Origin: Squalus acanthias
Taxonomy: Eukaryota
Length of the DNA: 64,000 bases
Direction: 5' to 3'
Assembly (NCBI GenBank): GCA_030390025.1
Contig: CM059433.1
Location: forward strand, 28,274,001 to 28,338,000
Part shown: one piece after another, positions 49,446 through 61,963 of the stretch
How the letters are laid out: each line of letters opens with the position of its first letter
Numbering within the stretch: position 1 is the stretch's first letter
The notes under the pieces: model-generated
Seen by the model: only the letters and a program-made list of their open reading frames with translations
Databases searched by the model: none
Told to the model about the DNA's origin: nothing
Position numbers and translations under genes: made by a program

Positions 49446-51314
49446 TAATCTAAGCTTGTGAAAAATTTATCAGGCCGATTACAGGTGCTCAATACACTGC
49501 TTATGCCATATTTAAAAATCGCCAAGTATTTGCTTGATGTTCAGGCAGTGTCTGGGAGATTTTTTTGAAGTATAGTCAGAAAATAAAATATTTTTAGAAA
49601 AGAATCTAGGGTTTTGTAGTTGGGACCCTTTTTCAAAAGCTAGGTTTTCGCATCATCAATTTTGTATAGCAGCAGAATAACCTGTGTTTTTCATTTTTAT
49701 TGTTTCATCCCATCCTTTTAAAAAAAAAACATTAGTTCAGAATCCAAATTTGTCATTCTTTGGCCAGAGAAAATAAGCTTGCACGCATGCATAGAACTCC
49801 AATCGCATGCACTGTCCAAGTTACTCCTGCTGCTGTTGTACAGATTACATCCAAAGTTGGAAAAGTTTCCAGGTGGTTTGTTCATCGCAAAAAGACTTTT
49901 TAAAACTATGATAATGCATCAATTGCAGTTATACTACAGCAGGTGTGCAGCCATAGCAACGTGACACTGTGCTAGGAGTGGTGTCAACCTTTACCTATGT
50001 TTGATTCAGCACAGTTTACTATAGCTAGTCCATTTGATTCAAATATTTTTCAATAAAGGTAGGTATTTACATCTGTATAGTGTATTGTTGAGATGAATCT
50101 CATTCTTATCCTTGTGTTCAAATCCCTCCACGGCCTTGCACCTCCCTATCTCTAACCTCATCCAGCCTTACAACCCTCCGAGATCACTATGCGCCTCCAA
50201 TTTTGCCCTCTTGAGCTTCCCTGATTTTCATCGCTCCACCATTGCCGGTTGTGCCTTCAGCTGCCAAGGCCCTAAGCTCTGGAATTCCCTCTCTAAACCT
50301 ATCCGCCTCTCTCCTCCTTGAAGATGCTCCTTAAAACCTACCCTGGTGACGAAGCACCTGTATTAATATCTCATTCTTTGGCTCTGTGTCAATTTTTGTC
50401 TGATTATGCTCCTTTGAAACGCTTTGCAACGTTTTACAACGTTAAAAGCTCTATATAAATTGAAGTTGTTGTTGCTGAAGAATACAATATATCTTCCTTC
50501 ATCTCTCTCTATCTTGTCTCCCATTTCCCCATCTCAGTCAGGTAAAGTATAACCCTGCAGTTTCTAGCTTGTTTAGAAGGCTGCAAAAGATGGCTTTTTG
50601 CCCCGAAAAATAATCAGGAACAGAATTTCCAATTGTCGTGCTTAAGTGCTTCTTGGGTTACAGTGCTGTTGGATGCATAATTGTTCACTATTTGTCATTC
50701 CATTAAAATCAGTCACACAGTTGTATTCCATTTTTGAGCTGGTGGTATTAAACCAGAGGCCATTACCTGACGTGGCACCCAGTAGGTTTAAAACTCACTT
50801 GTCAATAGAAATCTTGTCTGGATATGACCAGGGTTACTTGCATAGGCTTTGAATGGCATGGTGTAATAGATTGGAATAGCAGATCTATTAAACTAAACCT
50901 TTTAGATAAAGGTCAAAGCTGTGATAACAGACAAGCCTGATAAATAGAAACAATTTTCGAGTGGTAAAAGTTCAAAGGGGTTGACATCTCCCTGCTTTTT
51001 AGCTTTGATTCAGATATTCCTGTGGTTTCAGGGGTAGATGCTGTGCTTTATTTTCATGAATAGACATGCCGCTGATTTTGAGAAAAAACTGAACATCAGT
51101 TCTTGCTTTGAACTTGTACCGAGAGTATTGAAATACACTTAAGGCTGGAGTTATGATGCACTCTGTGTAGAGTCATATTGGAGTGACGTGATCTCCTGAA
51201 GGGATAGTGCACTTTGAGGCTTGAATGTGCTCGGGAGATTCAGAAGTTATCTTTTTGCATTGATCCGTTTCCAAAACCTTTTCATGTTGATAAGAAAGCA
51301 ACAGTATATCTTCA

Positions 51315-51590
51315 GTAATAGAAACAGAAAAAGCTGGATGGCACTCAGCAGGTCAGGCAGCATCTGTGGAGAGAGAAACAGCTAACGTTTCAGGTCGACG
51401 ACCTTTCATCAGAACTTGAGAAGTTAGAGATTTAACAATTTATAAACCAGTACGGAGCCAGGAAAAAAGGGGAGTTTGAGGGGAAAAGAACAAAAGCGAA
51501 GGTCTGTCATAGGGTGGAAGGTGGGAGAGGTTAAATGACAAAACTGATGGTAGAATACAAAGGGGGTGGTAATGGGACAAGTAAGGTGAA
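51315..51590 (-). mobile_element. Non-coding Penelope-like terminal fragment of a second family; hammerhead motif at 51380-51416
   Basis: Minus strand reads AGTT-CTGATGA-A-AGGTC-GTC-GACCT-GAAA-CG-TT-AGCT, then a tail (CTCTCTCCACAGATGCTGCCTGACCTGCTG) shared with the 58 kb and 35.8 kb copies. Confidence 0.7.
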
Positions 51591-53739
51591 AGGGACAAAA
51601 CAGAAATCCCGTCGGAGAGAAGAGCCTTCAAGGTGGGCATTCCTGGAAGAGAAGAGACAGTGAATTATATCTTCAGCCTTTTCCACCCTCCCCTGCCCAA
51701 GTGATAACATTGGGTTTAGGTTTCCGAAAAAGACATGGCAAGACTCCTTGCTTTATCCACTTTGCCAAGGCATTGTGATGAGGTAAACATTGCATTATCA
51801 TTAACTGCTCCTAAAAATGGTCAGTTTGTACCTCTTGGGCTTATCAAGAAAAAAAATGAAATGTTTCAAGTCTTGTTTCCTCTGTCCCATCCATGAATTA
51901 GCTTTCAACAAATAGAGTATTAGGAAATGATGGCATTTTGTAATGAACTAATTTTGCTGAATTTGTGCAGCACGAGTCAGGAAATGAAGTGCGTACTCCC
52001 ACTAGGCCCTGGGGAGGAGTTAAACTCCTCCTACATTGTTGAGCAGAGGTAATTACTTGAATATTGGAGTAAATTTGCCTAAGAATTGGCTCATCTCCAC
52101 TGAGGGTATGTGGGAACAATCAGCTATTTCTGTTCCTTGGCTTGAGAAGAATCAAAGTTTGTCACATTGTCAAAAGCAATAATTTAACTTCAATACAGAA
52201 TTATCAAAATATTTAAACCTGTAGTTCTGGTCCCCACCCTCCAAGTGGAAACATCTTCTCTACGTCTACCCTATCAAATCCTTTCATTATCTTAAAGACC
52301 TCTATCGGGTCACCCCTTAGCCTTCTCTTTTTTCAAGAGAAAAGAGCTCCAGCCTGTTCAGCCTTTCCTGATCGTTAGAACCTCTCAGCTCTGTTATGAT
52401 CCTTGTAAATCTATTTTGCACCTTCTCCAGTGCCTCTAGAACTGTCCACTCTACAGCTATAACCGCAGGAAGTCGTCTTGGTGAAATTGTGATTTGAAAG
52501 ATGGCATAGTATTCGCTCATTAATTACACTGAAGTGGCTGGAGGTAAAAATGGTACTTTTCGAATTGTAGCACAATGTTGTCGTACCCGGGGAGAGTTGC
52601 AGCAATCAGTCACACACTGATCCTGATCTCCTCAGTACAAGTGAGGTCAGAGAAGATGTCAGCAGACTGTTGTATATTTTTGAGCAGCTGCCTAAAAGCA
52701 GTGTTGGGGGCAGAAATTCGAAACCGGCCATCGACCTAGTTAGATGCAGATGATGTGTGTAACCCAATGACACAGAACCCGATAAGGGTGAAAATCAGTT
52801 TTATTTTAAGCTTCCACACTTTTTATGAAAAAAAAATATACAGAAATTTGTGGTTACTTGGTCAGTAGTGCCAAGTCAAAGCAGTGTTGGATTGTTGATT
52901 AGATAAGGAAGTAACAGATCCGTGAACGTGTTCCGTCAGCAGAACCATTCGGCAGCGGTTTTCGATTCTTGAGGCTATCACTATTAATTAAATTGTGTAT
53001 GTTTTTTTTTCTTCAAAAGACCATGACTAATAACCCCTAAAATAATCTTTAATCCCCAGCTGAGCAGGCAAATGGATCTTTGGTTTAATGTTTCACCAGA
53101 GTGACATTACCTTCGACAATATAGCACTGCCTCAGTGTTGCACGGAATTGTCAGCCGAGGCGATGTGCTCGAGTCCATAGCGGGGCTGGAGTCCAGAGCC
53201 TCTGACTCTGAGGTGAAAGTGAGTCACGATGAGCAAAGATTGGGGTGAACTGGTACAGATAACTGAAAGGCAAAATATAGTGAGGGTGCTCAATAAGTGG
53301 GTATGTAGACTTGATGTGACGTGTAACTGTAAAAAAATAAAGGGTACTGCTTGAAGGATTGACTAACATCATAAACAGAAGGTTAGAAGAACTTGATTTC
53401 AACACAGCCAGATTATAGAGAGGATTATATATGTGTGACCTATTTGTACCTCAGGAAGAGCAATAAAGGAAAATTTACAGGTGCAGTTACCATTGTAATA
53501 TTTTAAAATGTAGAGAAACCCCAAATACTAGGGAGAGGAAATAGACTCATTATTTTATGAGACAAGCTTTTATATCGATTCTGTCCCGCAATATGCGAGC
53601 TTTTAAGAATGCAGGTATGGAGTAAAGAAAAGAGAGAATTTGCATTTATATAGTGCCTTTCACGACCTCAGGATGTCCCAAAGTGCTTTACAGCCAATGA
53701 AGTACTTTTGAAATGTGGTCACTGTTTGCAAGTGGAGAA

Positions 53740-54690
53740 ATTACTCGGACCACTGCTGTTTTTGATGTACTTTAATGACTTGGACTTGGTTATAGGGCAC
53801 AATTTTGAAATTTGCATATGACACGAAACTTGGAAGTGTAGTAAACACTGAGGAAGATACTAATAGACTTGACGAGGACATAGACAGGCTGGTGGAATAG
53901 GCGGACACATGGCAGATGAAATTCAGTGCAGAAAAGTGTGAGGTGATACATTTTGGCAGGAAGAATGAGGAGAGACAATACATGCTAAATGGTACAGTTT
54001 TAAAGGGGGTGCAAGAAGACAGAGACCTGGGGTGCTTGTACACAAATCAATGAAGGTGGCCGACAGGTACAAAGCAGTTAATAAAGCATATGGGATCCTG
54101 GGCTTTATAAATAGAGGCATAGAGTACAAAAGCCAGGAAGTTCTGCTAAACCTGAATAAAACACCAGTTCGGCCCCAGCTGGAGTATTGTGTCCAATTCT
54201 GGGCGCCACACTTTAGGAAGGAAGTGAAGGCTTTGGAGAGGGTACAGAAGAGATTTACTAGAATGGTTCCAGGGATGAGGGATTACAGTTATGTGGAGAG
54301 ACTGGAGAACCTGGCATTATTCTCCTTAGAGCAGAGGAGGCTAAGAGGAGATTTGATAGAGGTGTTTAAAATTATGATGGGTTTAGATAGAGTAAATAAA
54401 GAGAAACGGTTTCCAATGGCCGAAGTGTCGACAACCAGAGGGCACAGATTTAAGGTGATTGGCAAAAGAACCAGAGGCAACATGAGGATTAACTTTTTTA
54501 CACAACGAGTGGTTAGGATTTGGAATGCACCACCTAATAGGGTGGTGGAAACAGATTCAATAGTAGCTTTCAAAAGTGAATTGGATAAATACTTGAAGGA
54601 GCAGAAACTGCAGGGATATGGGGAAAGAACCAGGCAGTGGGACTAACTAGATGGGCCAAATGGCCTCCTTCTGTGCGGTACCATTCTATA
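53740..54690 (+). mobile_element. CR1-clade LINE 3' fragment, degenerate
   Basis: RPQLEYCVQFWAPH, LERVQKRFTRMVPG, FFTQRVVRIWN. Confidence 0.9.
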
Positions 54691-54779
54691 AAAATGGAAA
54701 AAGAGCCATGGGTGAATGATCAATTTGCAGATTGAGAGTGAGGGGTAACTTGATAACTCTGAGCGTAACTTTGGTGGAA

Positions 54780-55100
54780 GATTGTATAATGGTAACTTTT
54801 TAAGTTTATGGTGCCAAGCCTCAGCAAAGGCTTTTGAGATGTCAAGAGATATTATTTGGTCCAGAACAGAGTTCCAGAGGTGCACAACAGCAGCAGGATG
54901 ACCACCAGTGGAATGCTTATTACAAAAACAATAGTGGTGATCATGAACTGAGCCAGAACCTTCAAGATACTGGATAATCTGAGCTAACAGCAGCTCTCGT
55001 AGGGTAAGAAAATATTAATTAAAAAGCACTTGGGCGGTAGTTGGAAGGGTAAGGGAGATCACCCTTAGGGATAGGGCAACCCGAGTAAACGTCGAAAGAG
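54780..55100 (-). mobile_element. Old degenerate non-LTR RT fragment
   Basis: Translated remnants PIPKGD..PSNYRP and LDISKAF..WH. Confidence 0.6.
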
Positions 55101-55370
55101 AAAGGGATGTGCACGGGGTGGGGAGGGATGGGGGTGCGGTGGTCAGAGACTGAAGAGGACGGGTAAATCTTCAGGAAAATGAGGAATACCAGCAGGATCA
55201 AAAAACTTTATTGGATCCCTGATTGGGGTATGGTGTTTTTCTCTTTTTTTTTTGTTTCCCCCTCCCTATTTCAAGTAGTTTAGTCCTATTTGTAGTTTGA
55301 AAATGATTCATTTCTAAATAGTTATCCTCAGGAGCAATGCTGCTTTTTCAGGGTTGCACAGGTTATAATG

Positions 55371-56097
55371 GGCCAGAATTTGATGTAGCAGGGTATCTTA
55401 GTTAGACTTGCCCCTGCACCTTTCAGCTCCAAATGTTTTACCCACAAAACTGCTGAAAGTGCGAGCTGATAACGTCCCGGCGACTCAGACAGGGCGACCG
55501 GGCCCCGAGCGGACAGGGCGACCGGGCCCCGAGCGGACAGGGCGACCGGGCCCCGAGCGGACAGGGCGACCGACTATGTATCTCCTTAACCAATGAGATA
55601 TAAGGATGGGAAATAAACACAGGAAGAACTGAGGAGGAGGGTGAATTAATTGACCAATCAGGTACACAAAGAAATGGAGAGGGAAAGAAAGATTGGATTG
55701 AGAGAGAAAAAGAGCAAGGACTTAATTTAAAATTTTACTTTTTTAATATCTTCCCAAAAAATTCGAAACCTGAAGGAATGAGTCTCCACATTGGTAGTAG
55801 TTAATTTTTGGCCCCAGAGAGTTTGATTGGCAGTCATTAACATTTATCACATCATTAAAAGGGTAATTGCGCGCTTAATGGGCAAAAACAGTAAGTTCTT
55901 TAAAACAAACGGGGAGACGAAGGGCGAGATGCCATTTTCGTGAAGTTAGCGACGGAGCGGCACAACTGGGACAGCAACCTTTGAATATTCACATTTAACC
56001 GCACATCTGCTACTCACCTGAAGTTGCTGTACCATTTACCCATAGATAACGGCGAGCGCCATTAGCCTTGCCACTATTTTGACAGCAAATTCTGGCC
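55371..56097. mobile_element. ~730-bp non-autonomous TIR element
   Basis: 12-bp TIR GGCCAGAATTTG / CAAATTCTGGCC; interior similar to 18207-18912. Confidence 0.65.
55488..55572. repeat. Perfect 24-bp tandem repeat (GACAGGGCGACCGGGCCCCGAGCG), 3.5 copies
   Basis: Read directly. Confidence 0.95.
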
Positions 56098-57754
56098 AAA
56101 TATATTTCCTAGTGTATTTGTCTTGGATGATGCCAGAGGTGCAGTGTCCCAAGTGGGACATCTGATGCCCCAGATGTACAACTGCAGTGTTTATCGATAT
56201 CTTAAAGTAACAATCACCATGATGTGATTTGCAAGCAATGCTGGGTTAAAGGGAGCTTTTATATACTGTATTTCATCATACCTGTTTTGGGAGTTGCAGG
56301 AAGGCAAGTCAGAGTGAACTCGTTACTACTTGAGGATGGTAATGAAAGGTTTAGATTAGATGATGGAAAGGCCCTTCAAACCAGTGTACTGAATCCAGTG
56401 ATGAGTTGAGATAATAGATTGGTGTTCTTCAATAGACAAATTTATGTTGAGTAATGGGAAATAGGTGAATCAGGAAGCATAGAAATGCCTTTATTTGGCA
56501 TTCATATGAATATGAAGGTATTAGATTGACCGGCTTTCAGTTTTAACATCCATGGAGTGGGTTGGAGCTGCTACTGCTGTGAACGTGTTTTTTTGCTCTT
56601 CTGCCAGCTGTCATTAAAACAGTTTTCAAAAGTTCAAGATCCGAGCCTCAGCCCCTATGCTTTTAGCTAAATTGCTCTGCTCTACTGAATGATCGGATAA
56701 TGGATGAAGGTAATGGTTGCAATCTATGCTGAGCTTTTGCTTTACAAATGAAGGGCACAATGCGAGTGGAGCAGTTACCACAGTGTGATCAGTGCTCACT
56801 GAGAAAAGCAAATGTTGAAGGTGTACAGCATGAAGTTGTCCAAGATAAGTAATGCTAACTACATTAAGCTCTTAATAAAACTTTATTTAGATTGCACTTA
56901 AGAGCATTGTATTCAGATCTGAACAAATTACTGTTAAAAGTATCTTGATATGATAGGAAGGGTACAGAGAAGCATGAGTTTACATGTTTGTGTCCTTTTA
57001 CCCATGTTACTCTAGTTATTTTTGCTTGTGTCTCAGGCTACTCTTGTAAGTGAGACCTCCCTTCTTCCATCCTTGGGACTATTTGCATTTACCCTGATAT
57101 CTAGATAAGTTTAATAGCACGCCCAGGATAGCAATCAGAAAACCCTTCACTAGATTTTCTTTAGCCACTAGCTGTATCCTATTCCTTTTGAGAAATGGCA
57201 GAATAGCTTGTTTTAAACTTTTAACTGCCAAACACATTTTCAACAGCGAACCAAAGCTCTCTTTGCCTGCCTGGCCTGCTGGCTGTTTCTAGGCTGCTCT
57301 CGATAACTGGTTGCCGCTCTGGGATGAGAGATGATGCAGCTTCCACTCAATGACTAAGATCAGAAATGGAGATGGGGGAATGTCCGCCGAGAACCGTTTT
57401 TGTAAGAACTGTTTATTCGTTTGGAGTGAGCAAATGTACTGATCCACGGCAAGAGGCTGCTTTCCAAAAATGAGACTAGGGGATGCTGTTCAATTTTGAG
57501 TTGTATTTCTGAATACAACAGTCTTTGCGTTCTATTGGGTTGGAGATTTTGGAAATAGGAGTGCTATTCAAAATTTCTTTTAATGTGCTGATGAAATCTT
57601 CACAGCTGCTTTTTTTTTAATTGATCCATGATCAGTTCATGCTGAGGTAAACTGTATATTAATGCTACTGTATTTTTGATCAGAAAGGGCTTTTACAACA
57701 CCAGCAAGCTTTGGTCCCCAACATCGCACTCTTATCATACTGATCATTATGAAA

Positions 57755-58090
57755 GCCTTTGATAGGGTAGACATAGAGAAGAATCCAAACCTAGGGGCTG
57801 TAAATACAAGACAGTCACTAATAAACCCAATGAGTAATTTAGGAGAAACTTCTTTACCCAGAGAATGGTTAGAATGTGGAACTCGCTTCCACATGGAGTA
57901 GTTGAGGCGAATAGCATAGATGCATTTAAGGGGAAGCAAGATAAACACATGAGGGAGAAAGGAATAGAAGGATATGCCGCTAGCGTGAGATGAAGAGGGA
58001 TCGGAGGACGCTCGTGTGAAGCATAAACACTGGCATAGACGAGTTGGGCTGAATGGCCTGTTTCTGTGTTGTAAAGTCTATGTAATTCGA
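57755..58090 (+). mobile_element. CR1 3' fragment
   Basis: TTCTTTACCCAGAGAATGGTTAGAATGTGGAACTC; 3' UTR shared with 15750-15895, 41310-41670 and 46255-46520. Confidence 0.8.
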
Positions 58091-58179
58091 TGTAACATGT
58101 TGCTGATCCTGTCGCAGAGATTCCCTCGACTGTATAGAACAATGGAGCAAATCATTCAGACACAGTAAAAAAAAAAAAG

Positions 58180-58547
58180 GAGCAAAATACTGTGGATGCT
58201 GGAAATCAGAAATAAAAACAAAATGCTGGAAATACTCAGCAGGTCAGGCAGCAACTGTGGAGAGAGAAACAGAGTTAACGTTTCAGTTCGATGACCTTTC
58301 ATCAGAAAGTACAAGCCAGCGCTAAGCTAAAAGAAAAGGCTTGCACAAATGCAAGGGACAGTGGGAATCTAGTAGAATACAAAAGCTATAAAAACAACCA
58401 AGGGAATACAAAGAAAATAGTGAGAGGCGCAGAAAAGGAGTATGATCAAAAACTTTCATCAGAAAGGACATCGACCTGAGACGTTAACTCTGTTTCTCTC
58501 TCCAGATGCTGCCTGACCTGCTGAATATTTCCAGCATTTTCTGTTTT
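58180..58547. mobile_element. Inverted pair of second-family hammerhead elements around a CR1-ORF2-like fragment
   Basis: 58205-58300 is the reverse complement of about 58462-58547; 14-bp direct repeat CTTTCATCAGAAAG at 58296 and 58453. Confidence 0.7.
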
Positions 58548-61001
58548 TAATACAGTTTAAAAATGAAATCCTGTTTTGATTATTGATCCCATGAATTGCA
58601 GTGATTTTGGGGATTTGAAATTGATTGGTGCTGCTTTTTTTGCAAGATTTTTCAAGACTTGGTTAAAAAAAAAATATGGAGATGATTCCCTCCAGTTGAG
58701 TGATAAGATAGCTTTGATATAACAAATGTACTGCCATATATTTAGTGAGCACTATGGGTGCATCAGCATTTTTATGTAGGAAATACTACATTAAATGATT
58801 TATCTGGTGATTTAATGAAATAGATTGATTTATTAGAGTATTGAGGTTTTTTGTCGTTCAGTTCAGTATTTCTGTAATTTTATCATTACATTTTACATTG
58901 CATGAAAATTACAGCACAGAAACAGGCCATTCGACCCAGCAGATCTATGCCATTGTTTATGCTCTGCACAAGCCTCCACCTACCCTACTTCACCTCATCA
59001 ACATATCCTTCTATTGTTTTCACCCTCATGTACTTTTTGTATATTACAAAAAGGATATAGATTCTGAAAAACAAAATTGTATTTTGATATCTCTCAGTTC
59101 TTTGTCACAGGTGGGGAGAGGGTTTGAGCAGTAATGAACGCAGAATTCCCTGGGTTGACCCTGGCTGAGGGTTTGGGTCAAAATGGGAGCTAACGGGCAA
59201 GCAGAAGAGGACTAGAAATTGATTTTTTTGAATATCAATATTTGGCTTTGCACCCCAGTGGGCTAAATGAAGTTTGAACTATCATAGAATCATAGAATAG
59301 TACAACACAGAAGGAGGTCATTCGGCTGATCAAGTCTGTGCCGGCTTTTTCGAAGAGCAATCCAGTTAGTCCCACTCCCTGCTCTTTCCCCAGATCCCTG
59401 CAATTTTCTCTCCTTCAAGTATTTATCCAGTTCCCTTTTGAAAGCTACTGTTGAATCTGTTTCCACCACCCTAACTTCTAACTTCGAAGTTTAAAAGTTA
59501 ATGTAGATGTAGTAATTTCCAGTAAGGGGAGTTGGGCATTGGCCTTCACATTCCAGGCATGGCTTGTCTTCCAATGCAACTGCTCGGAGTTGTTGTACAA
59601 CAGAAACTCAATAATTCCCCAAGTATTGCCCCACCCCATAGAAGGGCTTTTGAGATCATGAACTTAGTGGAACGAGGGGATTGAACCGCCATCCTTAAGG
59701 CAACATACTACTTTGAAATTGTGCTGCCCAAGAAGCTCCTGAAGTTGGCGCTGTTGGTTGCCATGGATGTCATTAATCAGTTCTTCAGTGAGCACATTTT
59801 TAAAAGTCTTGCACTGAAGCTGTTTAAGAAATACACCACAACAACATGCATCTATATAGCGCCTTTACCGTAGTAACATGTCCAACGGGGCTTCACAGCA
59901 TTGTGAGAAAAAATTGAGAGTATTTAATTGTTACTGATTGAACTCTTCCTTTGGGCTCTGCTATAGCTTTGCTGCATATGTGTTTGAAGATAACAATAAT
60001 TGGCAGTTCGCCAATTTGAACAGCAGGATGAGCTCACGATCTGTTAGTTGGTACAATCTTGTCCAGCACTCAAAGTATTTAATAATTCTGTTCAATTAAA
60101 ATAAGATACTTTTTCCAAGTCTGATATTGACAGCAGTTCAGAATGAGTTTTTAAACTGCCCATGTTGTTTGTATGTCTTAAAGGTAAAGGCAAGTCTTGG
60201 GGGAGAACACTTTATTTTACTTCAAGCATTCCCCTCTTTCATAGTTAAAAGGTGATTTCTGCCTGGAATTTCCTTGACCTTTTTCTTCAGCAGAAAGTTA
60301 ATTCTGTTGCTGACATGGCGACCTTTGAGTAGTGTCTCGCTCCCAATTGCATCAGTTGTAACATCAGTTACAGGAAGCATCTTGGAGCAGCTTCATTGCA
60401 AACAGTGCAGTGAGTTATGAAGATCTGGAATGCACTGCCTGAAAGGGCGGTGGAAGCAGATTGAGTACTAACTTTTAAAAGGGAATTGGATAAATACTTG
60501 AAAAGGAGAAATTTGCAGGGCTATGGGGAAAGAGCAAGGAGGTATAAAAAACAGGCCTTACTAATTCTCAGAAATGAAGATCAAACTAGTTGACTCCACT
60601 CTCTGATCCCCAGTGTCCTGTCAAAAATATCTAGATGTATCAATGCACTTCTTCATGCAATCAAAATTTACAGTGGCTCAGAAAATTGATGTGACTGTAC
60701 AGTTAAATGTGTAATAGCTTCATAAAGTATATTAATGGACTTTGTTGAGAATTTAATAAGATTATAGAACCAAAAGTTCTCCCACTAGACTTTACTTCCC
60801 CTGTGACGTGCTGAAATAAAATAGGTGCTCCTGAAAATTAACTAAATTATTATTTTAAATTGCACATTTGAGCAATGTTTTGAACAATGAAGGTTATCTT
60901 TACTTTCACATATCAAATAAATTAGATTTGGTTTGATAAATGCACAACTAGTTTTTTGTGAATTCAACTTGTCGCAGAACTTTGCCTGGGGAAGGGAATG
61001 T

Positions 61002-61198
61002 CATAGAAACATAGAAGATAGGAGCAGGAGTCGGCCATTCGGCCCCTCGAGCCTGTTCCGCCATTTAATGAGATCATGGCTGATCATCCAAATTCAGTAC
61101 CCTGTCCCTGCTTTCTCCCCATATCCATTGATCCCTTTAGCCTTAAGAAATATATCTATCTCCTTCTTGAATATATTTAATGAATTGGCCTCAACTGC
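61002..61198 (-). mobile_element. CR1 3' end, same subfamily as 16487-17571
   Basis: Near-identical reverse complement of about 17380-17570. Confidence 0.85.
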
Positions 61199-61963
61199 AC
61201 TTTCTCAAATGTAAGAAAAGAACTGTAATATAGAGAAGAATACTTCGTGTGGTTTGATTATCTGATGCCTGTATCTTGTGTTGGATTGTAAAACTTGTTT
61301 GTTTTTAAAAATATTTTTAGTTTCCATTTCATGAGTTCCCAACCAAGTCAGGAAGATAACTTATTTCTCGTGCTTTGCCAATATTGTGTTTGAACCAGCT
61401 TCCAGGATATGCAAAAGTGTGGTCTGGGATAAGCTTATAAATATGTCCTTCAAGGTTTTATCCTTCCAATTGACTGTATTTTAGATCAGATATGCAGTTT
61501 GAATACCATATAATGAAATTTGACTCGAGTTTCTTTTGAAGGTTATTGGGTATTCTTGTGTTTCTCTGTTTAGTTACAGAAATATGCCTGGCTTCCACAT
61601 CATAGCTTGCCTTGAAATGCGTGATCCTGCTGTACAGGAAATTTAAGTTGCCAACTCCGGTCTTGGCACTATGGTATGGTGGGTTGGAGCACCAACATGC
61701 TGGATTTTAGTCAAATTAATTCTGCGGGTCACAGGGGGCTTCTGAAGAAATGCACCTGTAATATTTGACACACTCCATTCTGCGGTGTTCACGCATGCAC
61801 TCTACTACAATCTGTTACATCCGTTTTACAGATCAGCCAAACTTTTATTTCTTGATAGCATGATGTGAAATATTTCTGCAGTTATACAGCTATTTTGCTT
61901 TTGGTTTTTGTTCAGTCTGCAACTTTTAGAACATGCAGTCAGTTTAATGACTGGGGTAATGAA

